Below are positions 1 to 12,620 of a stretch of DNA of 64,000 nucleotides, piece by piece. The notes under the pieces were generated by a model. That model was not told the DNA's origin. It did not search any database and saw only the letters and a list, made by a program, of their open reading frames with translations. A program made the position numbers and the translations under genes. Numbering within the stretch: the stretch's first letter is position 1; each line of letters starts with the position of its first letter. Source of the stretch: Antedon mediterranea (taxonomy: Eukaryota; Animalia; Echinodermata). The stretch covers positions 179,612 to 243,611 of the forward strand of contig NC_092675.1 of assembly GCF_964355755.1 (NCBI RefSeq), in the 5' to 3' direction.

Positions 1-1859
1 TTTAAATTAATATAACAATAGTTTTTTAAAATTGTATAATTTTATATCTACCTTAATGTTCGCATTATGTTAAATCTGTATAATAATGTATAATCACCAC
101 CATAATAGTGGTACAGAGTATAGAGTACAAATCCTAGTACACTGTTCTGAATCATTTGAGAAATAATTTATTTGTTTGAATAAAAGCCCCGCTTTGACTA
201 AATGAGTTTAACTCCCCACTAAAAAAAACCCCGAACAATAAATGCCACGGGACGTTTTATTCTAATGAATGTGGTATTCAGCTTTGTAGTCCTAGGTATC
301 AACATAGGATTTGAGGTAGAATATAGCTTTAATTCTTTTTTCACGTACAAAATCTTCTCTATAAAACTTCAAAACCTATTGTTTTTTGGCAAGTAAACAT
401 AAAAATAAAGAAATCGTATTTACAACTCTTCAATCACAGCCATATAGATGTTAAGAGAGTTTATTCTAAAGTACAGTATATGTCATAAAATTATTATGAA
501 TAATGTTGTACAATTTTAAAACAGTAACATTTTTTTAGATTATTTACTTTCTATTAAAAGTATATTTGTAAAAATTGTAATGGGCACAAAATTGTTTTGC
601 TGTAATTTTTATTTTAAAATATTAGTAATTTAATTTTGTTTTTCTTTAAGCAAATTATATAATTACATACAAAAATTTAGTTAGTATTTTTTAGTTTCGA
701 TTAAGCCTTTGTACAACAGAAGTATATAAAGTGAAACATAAGAGGCTGACAATTTTACAATGCATTGTACAGTATTATACGAATTCCAAGATATATATAC
801 CAATTTATACAGCATTTTATTATATTGATGTAAACATATATTTTTGATTATATTAATAATATGTATAATATTGTAACAAGCCACCAATAAATTCAGATGG
901 CGCTATACAATAGATTGTCTTGATTTATATCATACCAGTTGTATTAAAATCTGAAGATAAAAACTATATGTAAAAGTGCAATATGATTTTATTCTTACAC
1001 TCCAAAAGACCAGAGCATAGAAAAGAAAAAACTAAGCAATTCAACCAATCAAAATATAAATTTTATTCAGCCATAAATGACAAATCACACACACATTCTG
1101 TTATTTTTAAATATAAAACACTATATGAAGAGTACAATATGTATTTTAAATTTAACATTTGATAAAATTATGACAATAATTGTTCATTTTCCATTTCATT
1201 AATTTATTCATCATTAAAAAGAATAGAATAAAATACATGTTATTATAATAGTACATATTTTGATACTGAAATTCACCCAGACTACACAATAATTAAATTC
1301 ATATAATATGCTACTGTAATAAATAACAAAAATACCTCAGTAAAACGTGAGTAAAGTATATACTGTACACTTAAAAACACATTTAAATCTTTAAAATATA
1401 AAACAAGAATACAATAAAACCCCTAATCAGTGGACACTATCATGACCAATCAAAGTATCTATCTCTTGAATAGAGGTTGACCCTAGTGGGTGTCAATTTT
1501 AAATCAAACACTATTCAACACATATTGAAAGCTACAATATTACTGTATTTCAGTAGAGTATTATATATGCACACAATTCACAACAAAAACAAGCCATCTC
1601 ATCCTATAATGCCCTATTGTTTGTGACACAAAAATGTGATGGACATGATGATGTCATATCATCACCATATTTGGGCATGTCACTACCATATTTGGGCACA
1701 TCACACTTTTGTTGTAAAACAAGTTTGACAGTGTAGACAGAACTTTATTCTCTCAAATCAATGTCCCAAACAGTCATTGATTGATTTGATTGATTAAATG
1801 GGGATCATTTGGTGGATATGTGCGTTTCATAAATGTTACTTTAACAAATGTTAAAATGA

Positions 1860-2250
1860 ACATTAAAATGAGTAGAAGAAGAATGACAAAAACCTTTGCA
1901 GATGACACAGTTTTGTACACCAATATTCCTGAGATTAAAACATCTTCAATACAACTATTAACCTGGAATTTACTAAAATATTTTCCAGGCCTAGAAAGTT
2001 ATGTAAAATTTGACTTTCTTGACAAGTCATGGGAAGTTACAGCAAGAAAAATACAAGACGAACCAAACATTTTTTATAGACATCATTTATACAATTAATT
2101 GTATTGCATTTTAACTTGTCAATTTTGGCTAGAATACAAAGAGTCAATTTCATGGAAAGTAATAACAATTGAAAAAGTGTATGGACCCTGTTAAAAGTTG
2201 GTTTTAATTTGATAAAACTGCATATCTTGGCAAATAATACATCAATGCAA
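1860..2250 (+). mobile_element. Highly decayed non-LTR retrotransposon (RT) remnant downstream of the SPATA6 stop
   Basis: ORF 1790-2098 contains KTFADDTVLY, which resembles the RT catalytic F/YADD motif. The rest is degenerate and the boundaries are approximate. Confidence 0.35.
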
Positions 2251-2390
2251 TATTAATACACACAAGCACAATAACAACATTGTTGTATACAACAGTTTTC
2301 TAAATTATATTAAATGCATAAACATTATAAATACCACAGTTTACTATAATATATACTTAATAATAGTTACTGGATTTTAAAAATCAATTC

Positions 2391-5300
2391 TCAAGCTTTC
2401 AAATTCCGGTATGTTCGTCGATAAATCTTACTTAAGGTATCGTCAAATAACTGACGGTTGCTTCTGCCAGTTAGATAAGGACCATTTTGACTCCAGTAAC
2501 TTCCATTGTCCACATGAAATGAAACACTACAAAGATAACAAATTTTCACAAATTCATGTTAAGCTCTGTCTACACTATCAAACTTTATGACAAAAAAATG
2601 TGATTGCCCATATATGATGGACATGATGATGTCATATCACTATCATGTTTGGGAATATCACTACCATATTTGGGCACATCACACTAGTTTGATAGTGTAG
2701 ACAGTGCTTTACAATGAATTTAATATGTACTACCAAATCTGGACACCCAAAATGTCTGGTTTTATGGAAATCTAAATAAGAAATAATTTAAGAATCTATG
2801 GAACAATTCTGAATTTTGAAGAATTTCTGGTTTTCATATAATATAAAATAAAGTGAGGAAAGCCATTATTATTCTATATTTCAAACTTTAGTTTCAAAAC
2901 ATTTATATAGACTCAGACAGTAAAATATTATAAAATACTGTACAATGCAATAAAATAATGATATAAGGTCAGAGTTTGTCTTCAGTGATTCAAAGTTCAG
3001 AATAGACTACTGTAGTTACTGTAGCTTTACATTTTTAACTACAAAATAAGTGAAATATTCTGTACAGAAAGTATTAAGTATATACAACAATGAACTGGTA
3101 ATTAAATAAAAACAATATAGTTTAATGTTTCAAATAGTTGTTAGTGACAGTTACAATGTGCAGTAGTTGAAAGAAACAAACACTGAAATAAGATTAACAT
3201 AAATAACAAGTAAAACAAATATTAGAGAAATAAAAATAAAACTAAAATAAATTAAATGCAACAGAAAAAACAAACCTGAAAGATTAAGAACTGTGTATTT
3301 TACCTCCTGTTGAATGACCTATCAAGAACACTTTGTTTTAATGGGGATACTGATGACCTAAGAGCAACAAGGGCTTCATCTGATGCTATTGAAGATATAT
3401 CGTCAACATCCACCGACTGAAGACAGAAAATACAAAAATATAATACATGCTTTAATTCCTGAATGTTAATGACTGGATAGTGAGGGCATGTGGCGCAGTG
3501 TGTTAGATATTGGATTACTGATCATGAGATCGTTGTTCGAATCCAACTCTCACCGCATAGCTTGTATCCTTAGGCAAGACACTTTACTTACATTTGCCTC
3601 TCTCCACTCAGGTGTATAAAATGGGTGCAGGTTAGATCAAGACACAACTTTGCACTGATTACTAGCTGCATTATTATGAGAGTACGTTTCCATACGTGTT
3701 TGATCCAAAAAATGACCGGGGTAATAATGCGCAGTGCTAATTATTATTAATAATAATGTTTGCATCAAGCTGAACTTCAAAGACAAATAAAAATAAATTT
3801 ACCTCAAAATTTTTTTCCAAAGCTCTACTAATTTTATTCCTAATGTTGTGTGAAGTGTTCAATGAATAGTCTCCTAATCTCTGACGTAGAGTAGGTTTCA
3901 TTAACGTAGGACTTAGTGACCTTGTTCGAGCTCGTCTAGGAGAGCGAGGAGAGTAAGGCAGTCGACCATACTCAACATCTACACCAGGTGATGTCCTCAC
4001 TATACTACTGAGTCTCAACTGGTTCATATCTTCAAGAATTTCTGTAACAAAACACTATTTGTTTAAGTTTCTGCAAAGTTTGGTTCCCACTAGAAAGAAG
4101 TTAAATCATCAGTGTTGCTCATATGCAAAGTAGAAAAAGGTGTCGGTTCAAACTTGTGACTTACAGGGGTTATGTTTACACAACACTTTGCGTCAATATG
4201 TTGCTTGTACATACTTGCATTGCATCCTAGTGAGAAACAAGCATAAGGGGCCCCATCAGGATATAAATCCCCTTTTGGGAATGTAGAGGGCTATGTTATA
4301 GATTGAATAGAAAATTTCATAAGTAAGTTATTTTACAAGGTTTCTTATTTTTATATCTATTACTCCTCACCCTGAGTGTCATCACTGATGGTTGATAAGC
4401 TAACAAGGTCCAGAGCCTTCCTTCTATTTTCTTCAAACTGTAAACAAAATTACAAAAGTCACATACAGTATGGTCGTCTATGAACTAATGGGGTTCTGAG
4501 GGAGTATTTGCTTAGTTTGCCTGGCTTTTCAGGTATAATATATTTTCTACATCATGTTCTATATCAATAAGCTAAAGTTTACAGATGGCTTTGCAGGTAT
4601 AATACATTTTCTACATGATGTATGTTCTATATCAATAAGCTAAAGTTTACAGAAGGTTTAATATTATAGTTGTGTGAATTTCTGTAAACTTATTGAATAA
4701 AGACATTTGTACATTCTCACCGTATCATATCGGATTCCATTATTTGGATGGTAGTTGTACCGATGTCCCCAGTAACGGTGACCATAGTAACGCTTATATA
4801 CTCTACAAATTGTGCAATCATTTTCAGATACATATCCTATAAAGAAAAAAGTATTTGCATGATCGATCATATAAAGAGTACATCATGGAGGATAAATTGA
4901 AAGCATTTACAGTCACCTCAGAACTACTAAAAATAAGAAGGAAATATAAGGAAATTGTGGCCTAATCTCTGTCTACACTAAACCTAGTTTGACAAAATAA
5001 GTTTGATGTGTCTACATATGGTAGTGATGTGTCTACATATGGTAGTGATATGTCAAAATATGGTAGTGATAAGACATCACAGTATTCATAATATGGGAAC
5101 ATCACATTTTTTTTGTCACATTTTGATAGTAGAAATAGAGCTTTACAGACCTTTTAAAAGTTTTCCAGGTTAACAAATTCACTTATATCAGACACTATAG
5201 ATATACTGATGTTAACACTGATTTTAAAATAACATATAAGCATTGCAAAAGCACTTTTCATTTAAAATTTAATAATTGGATTGTGAAAAACAAGACAGTT

Positions 5301-8300
5301 ATCAACAGACATACGTGTAATTGTGCCATTTGATTTCCGAAGACTTTTAGAAGGAGCAGAGGCTGGTCGCCGTGGAGACAAGGACCTTGCTCTGGATGGA
5401 GACACTGCTCTGTTTTTTGTGTCTACCTGTAAAAACAAAATACAGTATGAATAATTAATACAAGCTTGAATACATTTGAAGTGACAAATTGATTGAAGAA
5501 ATCAGGATAAACTTACTCTTTTATAAAAGAATGGAGGTCTACCATCTTGTGGCGGAGTACTGTTGATTGTCTTTGGTTTTCGTTTACTGTTGCTTGAATG
5601 TCTTTGTGGTGATCGCATACGGGAAGATGATGTTGCTAATTCATAACTTTTGGTTCTTAAAAACAATAGAATGTTTTCATTAGACAAATTTACAATTCTT
5701 TAACACAAAATGTCATTAGACACACATAAATTTCGGTTGAATATCAAATCAATTATTTTTACATATACCAGTCTTCAGGTGTGCTTTAATTTGTAGTGGC
5801 ACCTTTTGTTGCTTTTCCAAATTTAATGAACATACTGTAGTCAATCTTTTTTTTTTCAAAGAATCAATACTGTAGTTCTTTGATCTATAATTGGCAATTA
5901 AATTTGCTTTTGGATGTGTGTAAAAACTAACCTCTTTTTGGTCCTTCCTCTTGCTTTGGCAGGTGTTACAGATACAATTCTCTCTACAGGGTTTTGAACT
6001 GATAATGATTTAAACTCATGGTATGTTGCAGACGTACAGTCACGCACTGTTGTCACACAGGAGAACTCAAGCTTGGGTGAAATCCCCTGTACATAAAATA
6101 GATACTGGATTGATTATACAGTATGTGTGTGCATTCCATGTATGTATACAGTCACGCACTGTTGTCACACAGGAGAACTCAAGCTTGGGTGAAATCCCCT
6201 GTACATAAAATAGATACTAGATTGATTATACAGTATGTGTGTGCATTCCATTTATGTATACAGTCACGCACTGTTGTCACACAGGAGAACTCAAGCTTGG
6301 GTGAAATCCCCTGTACATAAAATAGATACTGGATTGATTATACAGTATGTGTGTGCATTCCATTTATGTATACAGTCACGCACTGTTGTCACACAGGAGA
6401 ACTCAAGCTTGGGTGAAATCCCCTGTACATAAAATAGATACTAGATTGATTATGCAGTATGTGTGTGCATTCCATGTATGTATACAGTCACGCACTGTTG
6501 TCACACAGGAGAACTCAAGCTTGGATGAAATCCCCTGTACATAAAATAGATACTAGATTGATTATACAGTATGTGTGTGCAATCCATTTATGTATACAAT
6601 GGATGTAAGTTTTATACAATAAATTTACAAACAAAATTTCTTTTAAAAATAGATACCATAAAAAAATATTGAGCATTCAAATGATATAGGCCTAAAATTA
6701 TTAAGGAATGGTAGGGATATTATTACTGTACTAACTATTATTATTTAATTTATTTTAAAAGCAATCTTACCAAGGCAATCTAACAACAGAATGCTGAGTT
6801 CAGGAGATCAAAGGGATTATCTGTGGCATCTTAACAGACACTGCGCCGCGGAGAATATGTGCATAGTACAGTAAATGTGGTATTTGTCGCAGCCAAACAT
6901 AAGATCAAAGGACTGTTACGAGTTCCTATCTTGGCAAGGCAAGCTCAGTGTCCTGTTGTTAAATTGCCTTGAGCCTACTTACATTGAACCAAACTGTTTT
7001 CTTCAATAGGAGTTCACGATCAGCATCAGCATACGCAGGAGTCAATGTGTTCTCAGGATAGAGGAAATCCCTGGCAGATGTACGATAGTAGGCTAGAAGC
7101 TGACCTTCTGAATAGTAGTCAGGTGGAAGTTGGATTAATTCAATTATCACAGTTTCTGCCTCTAAGACATAGGTCATGTGTGCTGGATCCATACAGTTTG
7201 TGAACGTCTGAAATTTTAAAATGCATGCTACACTTACGACATATTTAAATGAGTAGGCCTCAGAGCCTTAATATTAGTACAACAAATAACCATGAAGAGC
7301 AATTGTTTTATGTGTGTTCATCTTCAATCATATATATATTTTTTAACTTGACAACATAATGAATGGCATTCAGGTACACATCCACTCACTGTAACAATTG
7401 CTTGAGCACTGATATTTAATGTCCATTGCCACTTGAAAAAATGAAATATACACACTCTACAAAATGGGCTTTATTCCATCTTGACTGGGTGGCAGCTACC
7501 TTACATGCCTTAGTCCTTTATCTGTGCCACCACACAGATTTTGGAATATGCCAACATTTTATGTACCGTAATTGACAGCAGAATGTACAGTAAGAGCAGG
7601 GAAGAATGTAATTTCACTCTTCCCTTGTAAGAGTATAGCATGGAGTTATGAGTATAGAGAGGACAACAGATGTTCCAAACCTCCCGTTTCATCCAATCTT
7701 CCAAATATTATCAAAATCTTTCAAAATGTTGGTGTTTGATAACAAAAAATGTTCAAAACCATGTCTACTCAGGTCTCAACTTTAGTTAATTTCTGTATTT
7801 AATAGATAATTACATCAGATCAGTTGCTAGAATGTGCAATGCACCTCTAACTGAAAAAAACAATTTATTTATTATTTATTTATGTGCGATTGCACAAGGT
7901 AGTTTGTGATAAGTTTAAAACACATCAAATCTGTTGGAGGTTGGAACATCTGGGAAAACCAAACATACTGTACCCTGTCAAATGACAAAACTTGGTGAAA
8001 AAGAAATGGGAAAACAGGAGGAAGACACAATGTGCGCCTCTGCTGGCCAAGCATGGTAACTTGAAGGTATACATCTTCACGACTTGACAATACAGAACCA
8101 GGGCATGTGACCTGTTGAAGAAAAAATAATAATCAGCGGTTTATTTCAGTGCTACAGCAGCAAACAGTGTCAGCTCTCCCTCCCAAAGGAGTATACGATA
8201 GGGCAGCCGACCATCCTGTAAATCCTATTTTAGACAATGCCTGTAGGCTGTAGCTAGTTCGTCAAATAGATGCATACCAGCTTAGCTAGGGCCAGGCTGA

Positions 8301-8664
8301 AACAAAAATTACATAGGCCTATTCCATCACTGATCATCAGGTTAGGAATAAATAATTAATAATTATAATAATAGTTCGGTAGGCCAGATTGAGTGAGATA
8401 GATACTAAGTTATAGATACTATAGGCCTAGGTCTACTCATCTTTATTAAGTACTTTATCCTAGGCCTATATAAAAGTGTATTATCATTGTTGACGTTTAA
8501 ATCATTCCCTACTACCATAGAGGCCTAGCATTATTGATATGATAGAGCAAAAACAAATTTTTTTAAATTTAATAATTTTATTTCAGCAGGTCATTGAAAA
8601 TAAATAATAATCTTACAGCATGAACATTTAAATCAACACTCAGACGTAAAGCTTTTCTTGGCAT
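2391..8664 (-). CDS. SPATA6: Spermatogenesis-associated protein 6 homolog, 11 coding exons, ~495 aa
   Basis: Exons in transcript order: 8617-8664, 7974-8111, 6983-7207, 5932-6086, 5517-5655, 5315-5426, 4721-4836, 4371-4437, 3803-4041, 3304-3416, 2391-2526. All GT-AG and phase-consistent (1488 nt with stop). The N-terminus MPRKALRLSVDLNVHAVTCPGSVLSSREDVYLQVTMLGQQRRTLCLPPVFP...IELIQL...ARDFLYP...GISPKLEFS and the C-terminus HVDNGSYWS...RQLFDDTLSKIYRRTYRNLKA* match the SPATA6 domain and tail as I recall them. Confidence 0.9.
2562..2708. mobile_element. PIF/Harbinger (Tourist-like) MITE, full copy of an abundant local family
   Basis: TIR AGCTCTGTCTACACTATCAAACT ... AGTTTGATAGTGTAGACAGTGCT, flanked by TTA on both sides, with internal ATCACTACCATATTTGGG repeats. 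Other full or partial copies at ~1620-1745, 4966-5142, 15107-15245, 17352-17390, 19462-19626, 23100-23148, 38057-38154, 46840-46968, 48520-48600. Confidence 0.75.
3484..3757 (+). mobile_element. tRNA-derived SINE with CORE-like central domain
   Basis: A-box-like TGGCGCAGTGTG and B-box-like GTTCGAATCC, then TCCTTAGGCAAGACACTTTAC...CTCTCCACTCAGGTGTATAAAATGGG (MIR/CORE-like), ending in an (ATT/AAT)n tail. Confidence 0.7.
4529..4652. repeat. Two-copy tandem duplication (~65 bp) in a SPATA6 intron
   Basis: CAGGTATAATA...TTTTCTACAT...ATGTTCTATATCAATAAGCTAAAGTTTACAGA occurs twice in tandem. Confidence 0.75.
6035..6598. repeat. 112-bp tandem repeat x5 spanning the SPATA6 intron 3/exon 4 junction
   Basis: The unit TACAGTCACGCACTGTTGTCACACAGGAGAACTCAAGCTTGGGTGAAATCCCCTGTACATAAAATAG... 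recurs at 112-bp spacing, and the ORF track shows the same peptides offset by 112. Confidence 0.95.
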
Positions 8665-8859
8665 TTCTGTAAATGCATCTGACTAAGTTGAGGCTAAACT
8701 CTAAAATATGCTAGGCCACACTGTAGGCCAACTGTCGTTCATTCCAGAATTTGGATCGGGTAAATAAGCCACTTCCTAGGCGTCTTGTTTGCACTCTCGC
8801 CGCTGCGAAAACACAAACACTTTATCGAAAATCAACAAGCGTCTCGACGCGATGGACGC

Positions 8860-8910
8860 CAAATTCCAATTAACCAATCAACAACTTATTGCACGCATGA
8901 TTGGACAGAA
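8860..8910. promoter_or_regulatory. Putative SPATA6 proximal promoter with CCAAT boxes
   Basis: CCAAT at ~8866 and ~8874 and ATTGG at ~8900, inside a locally CpG-richer patch ~200 bp upstream of the ATG. Confidence 0.45.
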
Positions 8911-9111
8911 AGCATGTTTTTATGGCAGTTCAACAACTTTTTTGAAGTTTTGAATATTGTATAAAAAAACCAAAAATAATTATTTCACATATAGGCCAAA
9001 AAAGACAAAATAAACGGTTTGATGGTCCGACCATGGAGGTATAAAATATTTATACCTCCTGGTCCATGGTCATGGTCAACAAAGTTGTATGGAATTCATT
9101 TCGGCTTATTA

Positions 9112-12100
9112 ATAATAATAATAATTTATTTGGAGATTACACTTTTACAACAGTGGCACTCGACCAAATGGAAGGTGCATCCAAGAGAAATATACACAAA
9201 AAAAAAAAAAACATGATATAGAAAATAACAATTACAATAAAAAGTCGACGTAGGTCAACATGTCAAAACAATTCAACTACAGTAACTACAATACCATTGA
9301 ACTGACACCTAAAAATACAAAATTACAAGAAATAAACATATAGAATACTAGGTAGGAACTGTACAATATAAAATGAATTGGGCAACAACAATGTAGACCT
9401 AACACTATAATGAGATAGATATCAATCATTTAGTGAGATAGATATCAATCATTTAGTTTGATTGATATGAACATTACTCGCCTAGAACAATACATCTGTG
9501 TTCCCAAGCTCTTTTAACATAGTGCTTACAGTAACAATCAAAGATATTTGATATGGATTCGACGTCATACATATAATGATAGTAGTTATCAGTTCCACCT
9601 AATACAAGATTTAATTTGGTGTTCAGGTCACCAGAGATAAAATTTTCCCATACATCTAAATGATTGATATCGATTAACATATATTCTAATTTGGTATATT
9701 CTTCAATCCTTATGCCATTGAGTTGGTTACATGTGAATAGAAAATGTTGAATGTCTTCTAAACCATTCTTACACATTTTACAGATACCATCATATTCAGG
9801 AAGCCACTTACAACTCCTGTGACCTAAAGGAAGGGTGTTAGAACGTAGTTTGAATTTGAGGCTAGATCCTAGAAAGTCTGTACAATCCAATAAATATTTT
9901 TCAAGGCACGGATTAGACTTAATAAGAGAGTATGTCTGAAGTGACGATTTTCTTAGCATTTCACTTTTCCAAAATGCAATGTTTGTGTCATGCATCAACT
10001 CTTTAAATCTCTTAACCCAATGACTATCAGGGTCATTGCCAAGGTAGGAAGTTTCGAAAATTGAGTCAATGTCCATATTAATAGACGCACACGTCTTAGC
10101 AAAACTGGGAATCAGTTTATAGCGTGGTTCTACATTTGTAGTTGAACTTAGACACGTATTAAGCATAAAGTTAGGCCAACGGTGTTTATCCATGTTCATT
10201 ACATAATTAATAAATTTGGCTCTAGATATATCTTGAATAACTTTAATTGGAACCCACCCTAAATCCCCATACAAGGCCTCTTTAGGTGTATTTCTACTAG
10301 CTTTTAAGATGTACCGCGCCATTTGTAATTGAAGTGACTCAATTTTATCAATATCTTTCCTGCTTTGGCTAACCCACACTGAACAAGCATAATTTATTGT
10401 AGGAAGAGCAATTGTTTTCCATAGAATGTCACCATAGAAAATTCTACTAAAATTATCAAATCGGTCTATAATTGACTTAATATAAGCAATGACTCTATTG
10501 CCTTTATTGATGATTTGGTCGATGTGAAAATGATGAGATGAAAGTACCAAGATATTTATAGGTTTCAACCTCAGAAATATATTGTTCGCCCAATTTCCAC
10601 ATCTTATTGTTTATGCGCTGTCCAACAATAAGGACCTTCGACTTTTCATGATTAAAATTTAATTTCCATGACTTTGCAAATTTAGATGCTAGATTGAGCA
10701 TCTCACTCAGATCATTTTCATTGTTTGCCATAAGTACAACGTCGTCTGCCCAAAAAAGGCTACCCATGCATACATTATAAATACGAACACCTAGATCATG
10801 TTTTTTGAGTAATTTGGTAAACTCGTGCATAAGAATACAAAACAAAGTCGGTGATAAAACACATCCCTGTTTAACTCCTCCATCAATATTAAAGAATTTA
10901 GTGTCTATTTTACCAAATCTTACTTTACCTTGCACATCGTGATATAAACTATCGATTAATTTCCATAGCCTACCTCTAATCCCAATATTCCATGCTGCCA
11001 TTAGCATTCCTTCCCTCCAAACCGTATCGAATGCTTTTTTAAAATCTAAGAAAGCCATGAAGGTTTTTTTTCCTTCAAGCAGACGACAGGAAGCTATGCT
11101 TTTGAGGGTAAATGTGATCCTCACATCGTCGCGAAGGTCTAAACCCTCCCTGTACTTCTGACAACACATTTTTATCTTCCAGAAAGTCAGAAATATTGTT
11201 TGAAATGATTCGGTTAAATATTTTCGAGATACATGGAGTAAGGGAAATCCCCCTGTAGTTATTAAGATCCCTGCGGTCCCCCTGTTTATGAACGGGTACA
11301 ATAATACTTTTATTCCAGTCATTTGGAACTTTTTCTAAAGCAATTATTCTATTAAATAAAGAAAGGATTGACATATTCAAACATTGACCACCATTTTTTT
11401 AAATTTCATTAGTGATCGTGTCAATTCCAGGTGATTTATTGTTCTTTGACCTTAAAATTGCGGTTTCAACAATATCTAAATTCAATTCAACATCTGAGAG
11501 AAATTCATCATTGTCGTTGTGGGCATTTTTTGTGGTTCTAATGTTATTAATAAAGGTATTAATTTGTTTAGTTCGTTCATCAATTTCGGCCAAATTAGTT
11601 TTTCCTAATGTTTGCCAGTAATCAAGGGCTATTTGGTTCATTTCCTTTTCGTCGGAGACTATTTCACTAGAATCTGGTCTTTGGATACAACTAACAGGCT
11701 GGTTACGATTACTGCCTTTTAACAGTTTCCAAAAATCGCTACAGTTACGTCCACCTTTGTTTGCCAATTCAATAGACTTATTCACACGCATTTCAGTTAT
11801 TTTAGTTTTAATCAGTTCTTTAGCATAAGACCGTTTCTCTTGGTAAGATTTCCATAAATCATCACCATTCTTATTGGGGTCGAGACCCTTAGCCCATCTA
11901 CGATGAAGACGCGATGCTTCCCTTCTATCTTTAATAGCCGCATCGACATTTTCATCAAACCAAGAGTTGCATTTAATGTTAACATTATTTTTCTTAATTC
12001 CTATACCCTTTGTCGCGGCCAATATAAGGTTATTTTTCCATGAATCCCAAAGACAATTAACATCATTAAAAGAATCTGCATCCCATTCACGAAACAATAT

Positions 12101-12482
12101 CCGAATGTGTTGCTTAAACAAAGAAAAATCTTGATTCCTTTGGATATTCCAACATATTATGCTATTTTGATAATTAATATTTTTATGATAGATATTATTA
12201 ATATATAATTTAAGGAGAAGGACATTGTGGTCACTCCCAAGGCCCATCACCCTGTCGTCATCAATAATAAATTCATTTACACAATTGAGTACACTATTAG
12301 AGCATAACATGTAATCAATTGTACTTTGCAAGTTATTCCTGAACCATGTAAATTTCCCCGTACAATGATCACTACAATTTAAAATAGCTAAGTTTGAATT
12401 GTCACAAAAATTCAATAGCCGTACACCATTAGAGTTTAAAACAGGATCACCATTGGATATTTCCCCACCGATTCTGGCATAA
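9112..12482 (-). mobile_element. 5'-truncated, inactivated APE-type LINE (endonuclease C-terminal part + RT + CCHC finger; RTEX/L2-like, clade uncertain)
   Basis: Endonuclease motifs (NSNG..LL, FTW...STIDY, GSDH), KSPGID, NYRGISL, FLDFKKAFD, GVKQGCVLSP, LFWADD, and C-terminal CKMC...EDIQHFLFTC. One in-frame TAA at 11399-11401 and frameshifts near 11105 and 10515. AATAAA plus (TTA)n tail at ~9112-9130. Possible TSD TTATTA at 9106-9111 and 12483-12488. Confidence 0.92.
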
Positions 12483-12529
12483 TTATTACGTCTCTCTGTG
12501 TGATGTGATGTGTGATGTGATGTGTGATC

Positions 12530-12620
12530 TAGCGCCACCTATTTTTACGGTAACTAAGGGAGACACACATTGATTGTTGGACGTACGGCGGCGCGGCGGA
12601 CGCGACGACTTAATTATTTA
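12530..12620. promoter_or_regulatory. Putative TTLL7 promoter: RFX X-box-like and GCGCCACCT motifs in a CpG-rich patch
   Basis: GTAACTAAGGGAGAC at 12550-12564 fits a degenerate X-box. TAGCGCCACCT at 12530-12540 resembles a partial CTCF-type core. CG-rich sequence follows. A donor-like GAG|GTGAGG at ~12997 and an acceptor at 15592 suggest a non-coding first exon. Confidence 0.4.

Noticed and set aside
11399-12538. N-terminus MALDHTSHHTSHH as the LINE ORF start
   Set aside because: It derives from flanking (TGATG/TG) simple repeat beyond the 5' truncation point; homology starts at about ARIG.
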